Positions 10,385-20,239 of a stretch of DNA of 64,000 bases are shown in pieces. Made by a program: the position numbers and the translations under genes. The stretch is taken from NCBI GenBank assembly GCA_965208675.1, contig OZ242351.1, positions 2,784,001-2,848,000 of the forward strand. The letters run 5' to 3'. The DNA is from Candidatus Poribacteria bacterium. Lineage in GTDB: Bacteria > Poribacteria > WGA-4E > PCPOR2b. Below the pieces are notes generated by a model. The model was given only the letters and a program-made list of their open reading frames with translations. It did not search any database and had not been told where the DNA came from. Position 1 is the first letter of the stretch. Every line of letters begins with the position of its first letter.

Positions 10385-11059
10385 ATGCGTGAGAAATTAC
10401 TTCAACTGTATGATAGTTTATATGCCGAATACGGTCCGCAGAATTGGTGGCCCGCTGAGACTCCATTCGAGGTGATAATTGGAGCGATTCTTGTACAATC
10501 GACCGCATGGAAGAATGTCGATCACGCAATTAAAAATCTAAAAACCGCCGAGCTGTTAACGCCCGAACGGTTGTGCGAATGCCCCCAAGACACGCTGGAA
10601 GCGCTCATCCGTCCATCTGGCTACTACCGTGTCAAGACGAAGAAGATTCAGGCGTTCATGGAGCATCTACGAATTAATTACCGGAATAGTTTAGACGCAT
10701 TATTGGCAATGGACCAGCCACCGCTTCGGGAAGAACTGCTTTCGATTTATGGAATTGGGGAAGAGACAGCGGACTCCATTCTGCTTTATGCAGCTCGCAA
10801 GCCCATCTTTGTGGTCGATGCATATACATACCGCTTACTCACACGGCTTGGCTGGACGGACGGAAAATACGACTACGGTAAATTTCAAAAAATCTTCATG
10901 GACGCTTTACCAAAGGATACCGACCTGTTTAACGAGTATCACGCCCTGATTGTACGTCATGGTAAAGCAACATGCGCCAAAACTCCGAAATGCTCAGTGT
11001 GTGCGCTGTCTCAGCAGTGCCCTTACCCCATCTCTTGTCAAAACAAGCTAACACGATAA
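10385..11059 (+). CDS. HhH-GPD endonuclease III-related DNA glycosylase
   Basis: WWPAETPFEVIIGAILVQ, HhH LLSIYGIGEETAD, VVDAY and a C-terminal 4-Cys Fe-S motif (CAKTPKCSVCALSQQC). Confidence 0.9.
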   Translation: MREKLLQLYDSLYAEYGPQNWWPAETPFEVIIGAILVQSTAWKNVDHAIKNLKTAELLTPERLCECPQDTLEALIRPSGYYRVKTKKIQAFMEHLRINYRNSLDALLAMDQPPLREELLSIYGIGEETADSILLYAARKPIFVVDAYTYRLLTRLGWTDGKYDYGKFQKIFMDALPKDTDLFNEYHALIVRHGKATCAKTPKCSVCALSQQCPYPISCQNKLTR

Positions 11060-11372
11060 CGGGCATTTCCATACAGCCAAAGCCCCAGAGCGGGATCAAG
11101 CGACCGAATAGGGAGCGCGATAGAAGTTCCAATGATTGTAACCACTCAATCGCTCAAGTATGGGTTTGGCGCTTAATTTTCAAACAAGCTCTAAGCGTTC
11201 ATCAGTCGCGGGTTTATCCATGACTTTTCACCCCGCTTGTGCTATAATGATCGCAGCGAATTCAGTGGAGACAACGGACGAACTCTCAAGATTAAATAAT
11301 CTGAAATAGTTAGTTCCATAGTACCTATCAATTTTGCACGCTTGACGTCCCAGCATTCAGAGGTTGTGATAC

Positions 11373-12494
11373 ATGGCATACGCCTATACCCCAGGTCTCA
11401 AAGTTACAACAGGTTCGAAGATTCGGAAAGAGCGCAGGTTGCCGCTTAAAGGAGACGTGCTTGTCCAGAGGGGCGATGCGGTGCGTTCGGAAGACGTCGT
11501 TGCAAGAACGAACCGGCCGGGGAACGTCCAACTAGTAAACGTTGCAAATCTCCTGAGTATTCCGCCCGAAGACGTCAAAGATTATATGCATAAAACAGAG
11601 GGAGAAGCTGTTGCAAAAGACGAAACACTCGCAATGACAAAGGGAATATTCGGGCTGTTTAGGTCACTGGCGCGTTCTCCGATTGATGGAACAATCGAGA
11701 CCATCTCTAAGGTTACCGGGCAAGTGATTTTGCGTGAACCGCCGTTGCCCGTTGAAATGAAGGCATTCATCAATGGAACGGTTGTAGAGGTTTTTCCCGA
11801 TAAAGGCGTCGTTGTAGAAGCATATGGGACGTACGTTCAGGGAATTTTCGGCGTTGGAGGTGAAGCCGTCGGTACCATGAACGTAGTTGTTGATTCGCCC
11901 AATGCGCCACTGACGCCGGACGCCATTCAGACTACACATCGCGGCAAAATCCTCGTAGGCGGCTCCATCGTTGGGTATGACGCGCTTCAGGAAGCCATAC
12001 GGTGCGGCGTAAAAGGAGTTGTCGCGGGTGGAATAAACGACACCGATCTCCGGAAGTTCTTGGGTTACGAACTCGGCGTCGCAATCACGGGTACAGAAGC
12101 ACTTGGGATTACGCTTATCATTACTGAAGGTTTTGGCAAAATTAGTATGGCAGGGCGTACATATAATTTGCTCAAAGATCAGGAAGGGATGCAAGCCTCA
12201 ATTAACGGTGCCACGCAAATTCGAGCCGGGGTCGTGCGCCCCGAAATTGTCATACCATTTGAAAATCGTGAACAATCCCCCCAAACCGCGCATGAAAGCG
12301 GCGTGCTTGAAGTCGATACTCCTATCCGCATTATCCGTGAACCCTATTTCGGGCAACTTGGACGTGTCACCGCCTTGCCGGTCGACCTTCAACAGCTTGA
12401 AACTGAAGCAAATGTGCGGGTACTGGAAGTTGAGCTAGATGACGGCGCACGCATCACACTGCCGCGCGCAAATGTGGAGATTATTGAGGCGTAA
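11373..12494 (+). CDS. Conserved hypothetical protein (MAxAYTPGL family; barrel-sandwich-like N-terminus, KOW-like C-terminus)
   Basis: 373-aa ORF with GAGG RBS. Motifs RRLPLKGDVLV, QGIFGVGGE, ITEGFG, GATQIRAGVVRPE and IRIIREPYFG. Confidence 0.8.
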   Translation: MAYAYTPGLKVTTGSKIRKERRLPLKGDVLVQRGDAVRSEDVVARTNRPGNVQLVNVANLLSIPPEDVKDYMHKTEGEAVAKDETLAMTKGIFGLFRSLARSPIDGTIETISKVTGQVILREPPLPVEMKAFINGTVVEVFPDKGVVVEAYGTYVQGIFGVGGEAVGTMNVVVDSPNAPLTPDAIQTTHRGKILVGGSIVGYDALQEAIRCGVKGVVAGGINDTDLRKFLGYELGVAITGTEALGITLIITEGFGKISMAGRTYNLLKDQEGMQASINGATQIRAGVVRPEIVIPFENREQSPQTAHESGVLEVDTPIRIIREPYFGQLGRVTALPVDLQQLETEANVRVLEVELDDGARITLPRANVEIIEA

Positions 12495-12588
12495 AGGACG
12501 GCGCTAAGCATTTCCAAAAATGAGAATGTTGTCGGGCGTTTCCAAGTAGACGCTTGAACCACACAATGCATTTCACCGGTAAATCGTT

Positions 12589-13149
12589 ATGAATAACAAC
12601 CGCAAAGACAATTCGAATCGTGCATTAACCGTGACTGGGGTTCAAATTGACAGCGGTATGCCTAGGGACAAGGCGATACAGCGCGGTCGAGAACATGTGC
12701 AGACTTATCGGGCAGCATCGGCACACTTGAACCGGGCGATAGACGCACTGAACTCAAAAGATTACCCGCGGGCAATCGGGGAATTTCAACAAGCGCTCCA
12801 ACACAATCGAGAATCCGCGGAAGGACATTTCTACCTCGGTTTGACATATTTTATGGTTGGAAATTACGGCGAGGCAGCAGCTTCCTACAAGCGAGCAATC
12901 GTCTGCGAACCAAGCGATCCAATGATACACCTCAATTTAGGAATTGTTTATCAACTGCAAGAACAATATGACGAAGCCATCGGAGCCTACCAACGATCGA
13001 TTGCCCTCTCACCCAACAACGCTGAAGCGTATTCTCGGCTAGGTTCCGTTTACACAGCGCAAGGCAAGCGCCAAGAGGCTGTAGCAGCCTACAAGAACGC
13101 TGTCCGAATCAAGCTCCTTGCGGACACAAAAAGCCAAACCGATTCTTAA
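12589..13149 (+). CDS. TPR-repeat protein
   Basis: Three to four TPR units (GHFYLGLTY, IHLNLGIVY, AYSRLGSVY). Confidence 0.85.
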   Translation: MNNNRKDNSNRALTVTGVQIDSGMPRDKAIQRGREHVQTYRAASAHLNRAIDALNSKDYPRAIGEFQQALQHNRESAEGHFYLGLTYFMVGNYGEAAASYKRAIVCEPSDPMIHLNLGIVYQLQEQYDEAIGAYQRSIALSPNNAEAYSRLGSVYTAQGKRQEAVAAYKNAVRIKLLADTKSQTDS

Positions 13150-13375
13150 TTCTCGATGTGTTCGTCATTGCCCCGGAATTTTGCACCCGCCCCTCACCAA
13201 AAATTGAGCTCTAAAAGGCAGGACTGTAGAGCTTAAGCCATTCTCATTCTGCAACAGATATGTATCATTTCTGACACCCCTCCAGCAATCTACTTCCACG
13301 GCAAAGACATCTCAAACTACACGCGTGGTTTGACACCATATGCTTACGGATCCCAAATTCGGAGCATATTGATGA

Positions 13376-13391
13376 TGGCACATGAATTGCT
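13376..13391 (+). promoter_or_regulatory. sigma54 (-24/-12) promoter
   Basis: TGGCACATGAATTGCT is an exact TGGCAC-N5-TTGCW match upstream of the TolB-like gene. Confidence 0.75.
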
Positions 13392-13550
13392 ATAATCAGT
13401 AACCGAGTTTTATATTTATGGTGTTGGGTTTCGATTCGCTTTCAACACCGATGCGCTCGTCGATATTGTGACAAGCGGTTTAGATAAAATTGAATATTTG
13501 GATCATTTAGATATTAGGCTACTGATTAGCATTGAATAGCATGAGGAGGC

Positions 13551-15455
13551 TTGGAGATAGTGATAATACGGAACTGTCATCAACCAACGAATGTGTCCGA
13601 TTCAAATTGTTACCTGTTTGCAAGAATTGAGGTCGTCACATATGTTCTTCTTTTGTTGCTCTTGATGACTCTTATTGTTTTTTCCGCAAATGCCCAAAGG
13701 CAACAAGAACAAATTGTGTTTGTGTCTGAAGGTGAAGAGCTCGACCAAATACAACTCTCAACTGGTGCAGCCGGTCAAGTTAAAAAGCTTACAATACAAC
13801 AACAGAGTTTCCTAGCTGCCACACCATCATTATCGTTTGATGGTGAACGGGTCGCATACGTCTGGCAGATGGCTCGAGGTAGACAATGGCACTATGACAT
13901 TTATATCATGGATATACGATCTGGTGAACAACATCAAGTGACATTTGAACCGAGTGCAGATCTTCATCCGTCTTGGGCACCGGACGGAAGTAGGATTGTG
14001 TTTTCTTCAGATAAAGATGGAGATTTCGATCTCTACACCGTGGATAAGAATGGGGAAAATCGTACTCACATGACCAATAGCTGGGGAGACGATGTCCAGC
14101 CTGATTGGTCACCGGACGGGAGAAAAATCGCGTTTGCTTCTGATCAGGAGAGTTTAGTTCATCAAATTTACTGGCTGGATGTCAAAACACGACACCAACA
14201 GAAACTGACTCAAAGCAACTATCATAGCCGTTACCCGAGATGGTCGCCTGATGGGACTCGTGTAGCGTACCGTTCCGCGGTTGTTGACGTAGTAATCCCA
14301 CGCGGCAACTGGCAGATTTTTCAAGTCAGAGCTGATGGATCAGACTTGAAAAACCTCATTATGGATGGGGACTACAATAGTACCCCTGTCTTTTCACCTG
14401 ATGGGAAGCAGATTGCTTTTTCATCTGAAAGAGACGATAACTCGGACATCTATACCTTCGACAGGATTTCCCTGCAAACTGTCCGTCTGACTCGCAACCC
14501 ATCTATTGATACGGAACCAAGTTGGTCACCGGATGGTAAACATCTTGCTTTTAGTTCTAAAAGAACTGGCAATTATGATATCCACACGATGAATGCGGAT
14601 GGCGGCGAGATTGTCAATTTAACCCAGAGTGGAACTGCCGAATTGATGCCAGCTTGGTCTCCTAGAGGGGATATGATAAGTTTCGTGCGAGTTGTAGATG
14701 GAGTACAGGAGATTCATGTGATGGACGACAATGGGAACCGTCAAATGCGGTTGGATAATAGTCCATTTTTGAATACATCGCCGACATGGTCACCACAAGG
14801 GGAGACGATTGCCTTTGTGAATAAACCCAGGCAGGATGCAAAGGTATGGCGCATTTATACGATTGATGCGGATGGTCAGAATAAGCGGTTGATATTTGAG
14901 ACAATAGATGGCGTAATTAAAAACATCAGTTGGTCTTCGGATGGCAATAAAATGTTGTTTGTCTATTGGATCGAATTGAACCAGGACCAAGGGGTTCTCG
15001 AACTCCGTACACTTGATATGAACACACGGGAGGTCAACTCAATTGATATTGATCCGGATTTTATACCACTTGCGCTTAACAACGCTGTTTGGGCTCCCAA
15101 TGGTCGGACGATTGTCTTTTCAGCGATTCAAATTAATCCGCAGCGCACCCTCCGCTATGGCATATTCTTGGTGAATGCTGATGGTAATAGTATCCCAGAA
15201 CACATAAGGGATACCTTCAATCCTCAAGAGATTGCATATGGAAAGGGACGTATTTCTTGGTCGCCGGATGGACAACGTATCCTGTTTAGCCGCGGGACTG
15301 GAAACCTTTACGTAACTGGATTGAACGGGGGAGGCGCCAAACTATTTCTCAGAAATGCACATTCGCCGGATTGGAAAACGCCTCGTGTCTGGCAGAGCGT
15401 AACTCCAAAGAACAAGCTGCAATCGACTTGGGGAAGGGCAAAAAAACAAAGGTAG
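13551..15455 (+). CDS. Secreted TolB-like/PD40 beta-propeller repeat protein
   Basis: More than 10 P.WSPDG repeats, a hydrophobic signal ending ANA|Q and the C-terminal tail SVTPKNKLQSTWGRAK. Confidence 0.88.
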   Translation: MEIVIIRNCHQPTNVSDSNCYLFARIEVVTYVLLLLLLMTLIVFSANAQRQQEQIVFVSEGEELDQIQLSTGAAGQVKKLTIQQQSFLAATPSLSFDGERVAYVWQMARGRQWHYDIYIMDIRSGEQHQVTFEPSADLHPSWAPDGSRIVFSSDKDGDFDLYTVDKNGENRTHMTNSWGDDVQPDWSPDGRKIAFASDQESLVHQIYWLDVKTRHQQKLTQSNYHSRYPRWSPDGTRVAYRSAVVDVVIPRGNWQIFQVRADGSDLKNLIMDGDYNSTPVFSPDGKQIAFSSERDDNSDIYTFDRISLQTVRLTRNPSIDTEPSWSPDGKHLAFSSKRTGNYDIHTMNADGGEIVNLTQSGTAELMPAWSPRGDMISFVRVVDGVQEIHVMDDNGNRQMRLDNSPFLNTSPTWSPQGETIAFVNKPRQDAKVWRIYTIDADGQNKRLIFETIDGVIKNISWSSDGNKMLFVYWIELNQDQGVLELRTLDMNTREVNSIDIDPDFIPLALNNAVWAPNGRTIVFSAIQINPQRTLRYGIFLVNADGNSIPEHIRDTFNPQEIAYGKGRISWSPDGQRILFSRGTGNLYVTGLNGGGAKLFLRNAHSPDWKTPRVWQSVTPKNKLQSTWGRAKKQR

Positions 15456-15545
15456 GTACGTCCCTATTTCAGATTTTACTCGCCAATAGTTACGATCTCA
15501 TTTCTTTTACGAATGAAGCACACATGAAATCTGCGTGGTCTCGGT

Positions 15546-16166
15546 CTACTCCTCCTGCCCAACTTCGTCCAGTGAATCTAATTCTAATTTGTCCTCAAGA
15601 TCGGTTCTGATTTCGTCCAGCAGGGGACCAACAACTGCCGCGTTTAGCGCAGCATCTGGATTCTTCTCGTTATTGTCGTTTGTCAAGACATTTTCCAAAC
15701 CGTAGTCGTCAATTCCAATCGCATATTCCGGAAATAGGTTTGTCACAGGATCTTCAGTCGCTGTTATGTCATGTAAGATTTGATATGCCTGGGAATCGGC
15801 TGGCTCACTTGCCGTGGGTTGGGCAGAATTACCAAAATCCCTTCGCAAGAAATCCATCATCGGTGTTTCACCCATGTCCATACCCATACCTGTATTGCGC
15901 CGCGGCAATGTCCGTTTAATTTGCAGCGAGCGCCGGTTCTTCGCGTCGTTCGCGTCTAAAAATTCACCTTGTTTACCTATCACAATGATTCGTTGTATTT
16001 CCGACGAATCCGGCCCGAATATCCAACCCACCATCCATTGAATTGAAGCAGCGATAGAACTGAGTACCGGATGCAAGTTGCCGATTGCATCAATCTGGAG
16101 CAATCCCAACGCTAGCAACATACCCAGAGCGATTATACTGATTAATTTTAGGTTTAACCGCTTCAT
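15546..16166 (-). CDS. Hypothetical exported protein with acidic C-terminus
   Basis: AGGAGG RBS before ATG 16166, with a signal-like N-terminus MKRLNLKLISIIALGMLLALG. Confidence 0.65.
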   Translation of the reverse strand: MKRLNLKLISIIALGMLLALGLLQIDAIGNLHPVLSSIAASIQWMVGWIFGPDSSEIQRIIVIGKQGEFLDANDAKNRRSLQIKRTLPRRNTGMGMDMGETPMMDFLRRDFGNSAQPTASEPADSQAYQILHDITATEDPVTNLFPEYAIGIDDYGLENVLTNDNNEKNPDAALNAAVVGPLLDEIRTDLEDKLELDSLDEVGQEE

Positions 16167-16270
16167 ATCATGTACCTCCTTACAACACGGAAACCAAAAC
16201 ATTCCAACTCTTCGGGAAAGACTTAAGCGCCAGTTTGGAACGTTTTACCATTACCTCCAAAGACACGCAC

Positions 16271-17968
16271 TCAGAGAAGCGTAGGCTTTGAATTTTGAGG
16301 CATGCGAATTTCCTCGACAAGTTCCTGAACCTCGCTCGGCGGCGCAGGCGTCGCGAAAGAGACGATACCCGCAACCAAGAAATTCAGCACCATGCCGAGC
16401 GCTCCGATCCCCTCGGGCGAAATGCCCAACCACCAGTGTTCCGCAGTGTTGTGTTCAGGTTGAATGAACTTAAAGTAAATTATGTATGTTGCGGTAAAGG
16501 TGATGCCAACAATCATTCCGCTGACAGCACCGTATTTGTTCATACGCTTTGAGAATATCCCCATGGTGATAGCTGGGAAGAATGACGCCGCAGCCAACCC
16601 AAATGCGAAAGCAACCACCTGTGCGACGAAACCCGGCGGATTCATACCGAAGAACCCGGCAATACACACCGCGACTCCTGCGGCAATGCGCGCCGCAATC
16701 AACTCCCCTTTCTCGCTGATGGTTGGAATGAGTTCTTTTCTCAATAGGTCGTGCGCGATTGCTGTAGAGATTACGAGTAACAGCCCTGCCGCTGTCGAGA
16801 GTGCAGCCGCCAGTCCGCCCGCTGCAACAAGGCCGACAATCCAGTTCGGTAGCTTGGCAATTTCGGGATTCGCAAGCACCATGATGTCTCGGTCAATTGT
16901 AAGTTCGTTTGCGACATCCGATTTTGGGCCGCGGTATTGAATGATTCCGTCGCCGTCCTTGTCAACGAATTGGATTAGTCCAGTCTTTTCCCATTTTTTA
17001 AACCAGTCCGGCGTGTCTTCATAGTTTGTATCGGACATCGTAGTAAGCAGATTAGTTCGGGCAAATGCTGCTACAGCAGGAGCGGTCGTATAAAGTACCG
17101 CAATGAACAACAACGCCCATCCAGCCGAGCTGCGTGCGGCGGCAACGCGCGGCACCGTATAAAAACGTACGATAACATGCGGCAAGCCCGCGGTGCCAAT
17201 CATTAGTGCGGCGGTGATAAAGAAGACATCAATTTTAGCCTTTCGTCCATCAGTATATGTGTCGAAGCCAAGTTCACGGCTCAATCCATTCAGTTTGTCC
17301 AGTAGGTATTCACCGGAACCGTCTGCCAGTGTCCCGCCGAATCCGAATTGAGGGACAATATTTCCTGTCATCAGAAGGGAAATAAAAATCGCCGGTACGA
17401 GGTAAGCGAAAATCAACACACAGTATTGCGCGACCTGCGTGTAGGTAATACCCTTCATGCCGCCCATCACTGCGTAAAAGAAGACGATTCCCATGCCCAC
17501 AAGCACGCCCACGTTGACATCGACGTTCAGAAACCGTGAAAAGACAATGCCGACGCCGCGCATCTGTCCCGCGACATATGTAAACGACACGAATATCGCA
17601 CAGATAATGGCAACAAATCGCGCAGTTTGCGAGTAATAACGATCGCCAACAAAGTCCGGAACGGTGAACTTGCCAAACTTCCGCAAATAGGGCGCCAAGA
17701 GCAGCGCGAGCAAGACATACCCGCCAGTCCATCCCATCAGGTAAACTGCGCCGTCACGTCCCATGAACGAGATTAGCCCGGCCATTGAAATGAACGATGC
17801 GGCGCTCATCCAATCCGCCGCGGTTGCCATACCGTTAAGGACCGGCCGCACATTGCTGCCTGCGACGTAAAATTCGCCGGTCGAACTCGCTTTCGACCAG
17901 ATCGCCACACCGATGTAGAGCGCAAACGAAAGACCGACCATCACAAACGTCCAAGCCTGCACGTTCAT
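16271..17968 (-). CDS. actP: Cation/acetate symporter, sodium:solute symporter family
   Basis: NGMATAADWMSAASF, GGMKGITYTQVAQY, GTAGLPHV and AAALSTAAGLLL motifs. It follows its usual small partner gene. Confidence 0.9.
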   Translation of the reverse strand: MNVQAWTFVMVGLSFALYIGVAIWSKASSTGEFYVAGSNVRPVLNGMATAADWMSAASFISMAGLISFMGRDGAVYLMGWTGGYVLLALLLAPYLRKFGKFTVPDFVGDRYYSQTARFVAIICAIFVSFTYVAGQMRGVGIVFSRFLNVDVNVGVLVGMGIVFFYAVMGGMKGITYTQVAQYCVLIFAYLVPAIFISLLMTGNIVPQFGFGGTLADGSGEYLLDKLNGLSRELGFDTYTDGRKAKIDVFFITAALMIGTAGLPHVIVRFYTVPRVAAARSSAGWALLFIAVLYTTAPAVAAFARTNLLTTMSDTNYEDTPDWFKKWEKTGLIQFVDKDGDGIIQYRGPKSDVANELTIDRDIMVLANPEIAKLPNWIVGLVAAGGLAAALSTAAGLLLVISTAIAHDLLRKELIPTISEKGELIAARIAAGVAVCIAGFFGMNPPGFVAQVVAFAFGLAAASFFPAITMGIFSKRMNKYGAVSGMIVGITFTATYIIYFKFIQPEHNTAEHWWLGISPEGIGALGMVLNFLVAGIVSFATPAPPSEVQELVEEIRMPQNSKPTLL

Positions 17969-17970
17969 AC

Positions 17971-18240
17971 TTACTCCCGATTGCTTTCGTCCACACCGTG
18001 CTTTTTATCGAGGCGATTCATCAGATAAACATAGATGAAAATCAATACCACAAATACATAAATTGACCCCTGTTGAGCCACCCAAAATCCGAGGCGAAAA
18101 CCACCTATCTTGATTCTATCCAGAAAGTCTACAAATAGTATCGAGCAGCCGAAGGACACAATGAACCACGTAGAAAGCAATATACTCAAGTATTGTAGGT
18201 TTTTCCGCCAATATGAACGTCTCTTGTCATGGATCGCCAT
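17971..18240 (-). CDS. Small membrane partner of SSS transporter (DUF4212/DUF485-like)
   Basis: YWRKNL and GFWVAQQGSIYVFV motifs, two TM segments, directly upstream of actP. Confidence 0.88.
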   Translation of the reverse strand: MAIHDKRRSYWRKNLQYLSILLSTWFIVSFGCSILFVDFLDRIKIGGFRLGFWVAQQGSIYVFVVLIFIYVYLMNRLDKKHGVDESNRE

Positions 18241-18349
18241 GGCATTCCTTTATGATATTCGATATGCAGCGACCTGAAGGAGATAAAAAGAAATAACACA
18301 CATTGTATCACGTCATGGACAGGTTATCAACCGTGAAAAAATTGTGTAA

Positions 18350-18535
18350 CAGGGGAAACGCACCTGATTATTCAGAATAGAGTTTCTAAAATAGTAGTCA
18401 AATAAGTGTTGTCCCATGCGGCTTTGAGAGGAAATAGGGGGATTAGACAGGGGGGTTGCACCTTTGGAAGATTTTACACAAGCATGTCCTGAATTCCTCT
18501 CATGTCAAACCCAAAATTAAGATGCGTTTCCCCTG
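18350..18535. mobile_element. MITE-like element with CAGGG-terminated inverted repeats (ISAs1-like ends)
   Basis: Left end CAGGGGAAACGCACCTGATT; right end AATTAAGATGCGTTTCCCCTG. 186 bp, non-coding, no clear target-site duplication. Confidence 0.65.
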
Positions 18536-18554
18536 CCGCTGATTTTAAGGAGGA

Positions 18555-18583
18555 TTGACATCTTTTGAGAAGCGTGTTATGCT
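18555..18583 (+). promoter_or_regulatory. sigma70-type promoter of the two-component operon
   Basis: TTGACA-17bp-TATGCT with an extended -10 TG. Confidence 0.6.
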
Positions 18584-18618
18584 ATGAATAACCTGCCTTG
18601 CAAGCACGGAGGTGTGAA

Positions 18619-20229
18619 ATGAAAGACGAGGATAAGACGCAAGCACAACCAAAAAGTGAATCACTACGCGTACGTCAGAATTCGGCGGTGTTTGAACGCG
18701 AACGCGTTCAGTTCAATCGGTTTGTGGAGGCAGACCCATATTTCAATTCCTCCGACATGCTTGCTTCAACGGATGGCGATACAGAGAAGATTCGCCACTG
18801 CAATGAAGCACTTTGCAAGAAACTGGGTTACGTTGAAGCGGAGATTGTCGGCCACCCTATTTCGAAGATTTATCATCCTGTCTGCCTCGAAGATGCAAAG
18901 GCGGGGTTCACCAGCCTTGTAAGTGACGGTGAAATACATGATGTGGAGCTAGTATTGCGGAAGAAAGATGGAGGTTCGGTGGATGTGAACTTGAGTGCCT
19001 CAACCATCCGTGATACAAGCGGAGGGTTACTTTATTGCCGGTACATATGGCGCGACATCACGCGGCATAAGGAGACTGAACGGAAACTTCGAGCGAGCGA
19101 AGCGCTCTTTCACCAGTTAGCGAACAGTATCCGCGAAGGTTTTTGGCTGATGTCGCTTGACGGGGGTGAGGTCTTGTACATAAGTCCCGGATACGAATCG
19201 ATGTGGGGAAGATCTCGCTCGGAACTATACGCAGACCCGATGTCGTGGACGAAGCACATTCATCCGGATGACCTAGAGGACATTTTGGCCACTTTCGAAA
19301 AACAGAAACACGGCGAGTGTGTAGAGTACGAGGGCCGTATCGTCAAACCCGATGGCGAAATCCGCTGGCTTCATGCGCGCGCCTTCCCAGTCAACGATGA
19401 GAACGGAAATCCCTACGTCGTTGCGGGCTTGACCCTGGATATCACCGAACGCAAGCGTGCCGAGCAACAGTTAATTCAAGCGAGCAAGATGGCTTCATTA
19501 GGAAGTCTGACGGCGGGCGTGGCGCACGAGATTAACAACCCGAACAATTTTATCTTGCTAAACGGAGAATCTCTTCAGAAATCTTGGGCAAGCGTAAAAC
19601 CGTTTCTGGATAAATATTGCGAAGAGCACGGGGATTTCATGTGCGCCGGCATGCCCTATTCGCAATTGCGAGGCGGTATCAACGAAATGGCGACCAGAAT
19701 CATTAACGGCGCGAATCGAATTAAAAAGATTGTAAAAGCGCTCGGCAATTTCGCACCTCAGGGTGACCTGGACCTAAGCCAACCGGTCAATTGTAATAAG
19801 GTGATTGACTCCGCAGTCCTAATTTTGGGGAATCTGATAAAAAAATCTACGAAAAACTTCTCGACTCAATTTGAGGACAATCTGCCTGATGTTCTCGGCA
19901 ACGCGCAACAGTTCGAACAGGTATGTATTAACTTAATCTCGAACGCTTGCCAAGCCCTGACCGACCATACAAAAAGCATCGTAGTTTCAACCCGCAAGCT
20001 TTCAAAGCAGGTGTTGATAGAAGTTCGTGATGAGGGTGAAGGGATTCCCTGCGAAAGTCTGCAGTCCATCACAGACGCCTTTTTCACCACCAAGCGAGAT
20101 GCCGGCGGCGTCGGACTAGGGCTTTCCATTTCTTACAATATCGTGGAGAATCATGGCGGGGAATTAACCCTCGCCTCCGAACTTGGAAAGGGAACGACAG
20201 CGTCAGTCAAGCTGCCCGCCGCCCCCTAA
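18619..20229 (+). CDS. Cytoplasmic PAS-PAS sensor histidine kinase (NtrB-like)
   Basis: Two PAS/PAC domains, H-box AGVAHEINNP, N-box NLISNA, G1 DEGEG, F-box and G2 GVGLGL. No TM segment seen. GGAGG RBS before ATG 18619. Confidence 0.92.
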   Translation: MKDEDKTQAQPKSESLRVRQNSAVFERERVQFNRFVEADPYFNSSDMLASTDGDTEKIRHCNEALCKKLGYVEAEIVGHPISKIYHPVCLEDAKAGFTSLVSDGEIHDVELVLRKKDGGSVDVNLSASTIRDTSGGLLYCRYIWRDITRHKETERKLRASEALFHQLANSIREGFWLMSLDGGEVLYISPGYESMWGRSRSELYADPMSWTKHIHPDDLEDILATFEKQKHGECVEYEGRIVKPDGEIRWLHARAFPVNDENGNPYVVAGLTLDITERKRAEQQLIQASKMASLGSLTAGVAHEINNPNNFILLNGESLQKSWASVKPFLDKYCEEHGDFMCAGMPYSQLRGGINEMATRIINGANRIKKIVKALGNFAPQGDLDLSQPVNCNKVIDSAVLILGNLIKKSTKNFSTQFEDNLPDVLGNAQQFEQVCINLISNACQALTDHTKSIVVSTRKLSKQVLIEVRDEGEGIPCESLQSITDAFFTTKRDAGGVGLGLSISYNIVENHGGELTLASELGKGTTASVKLPAAP

Positions 20230-20239
20230 AACTAACCGT

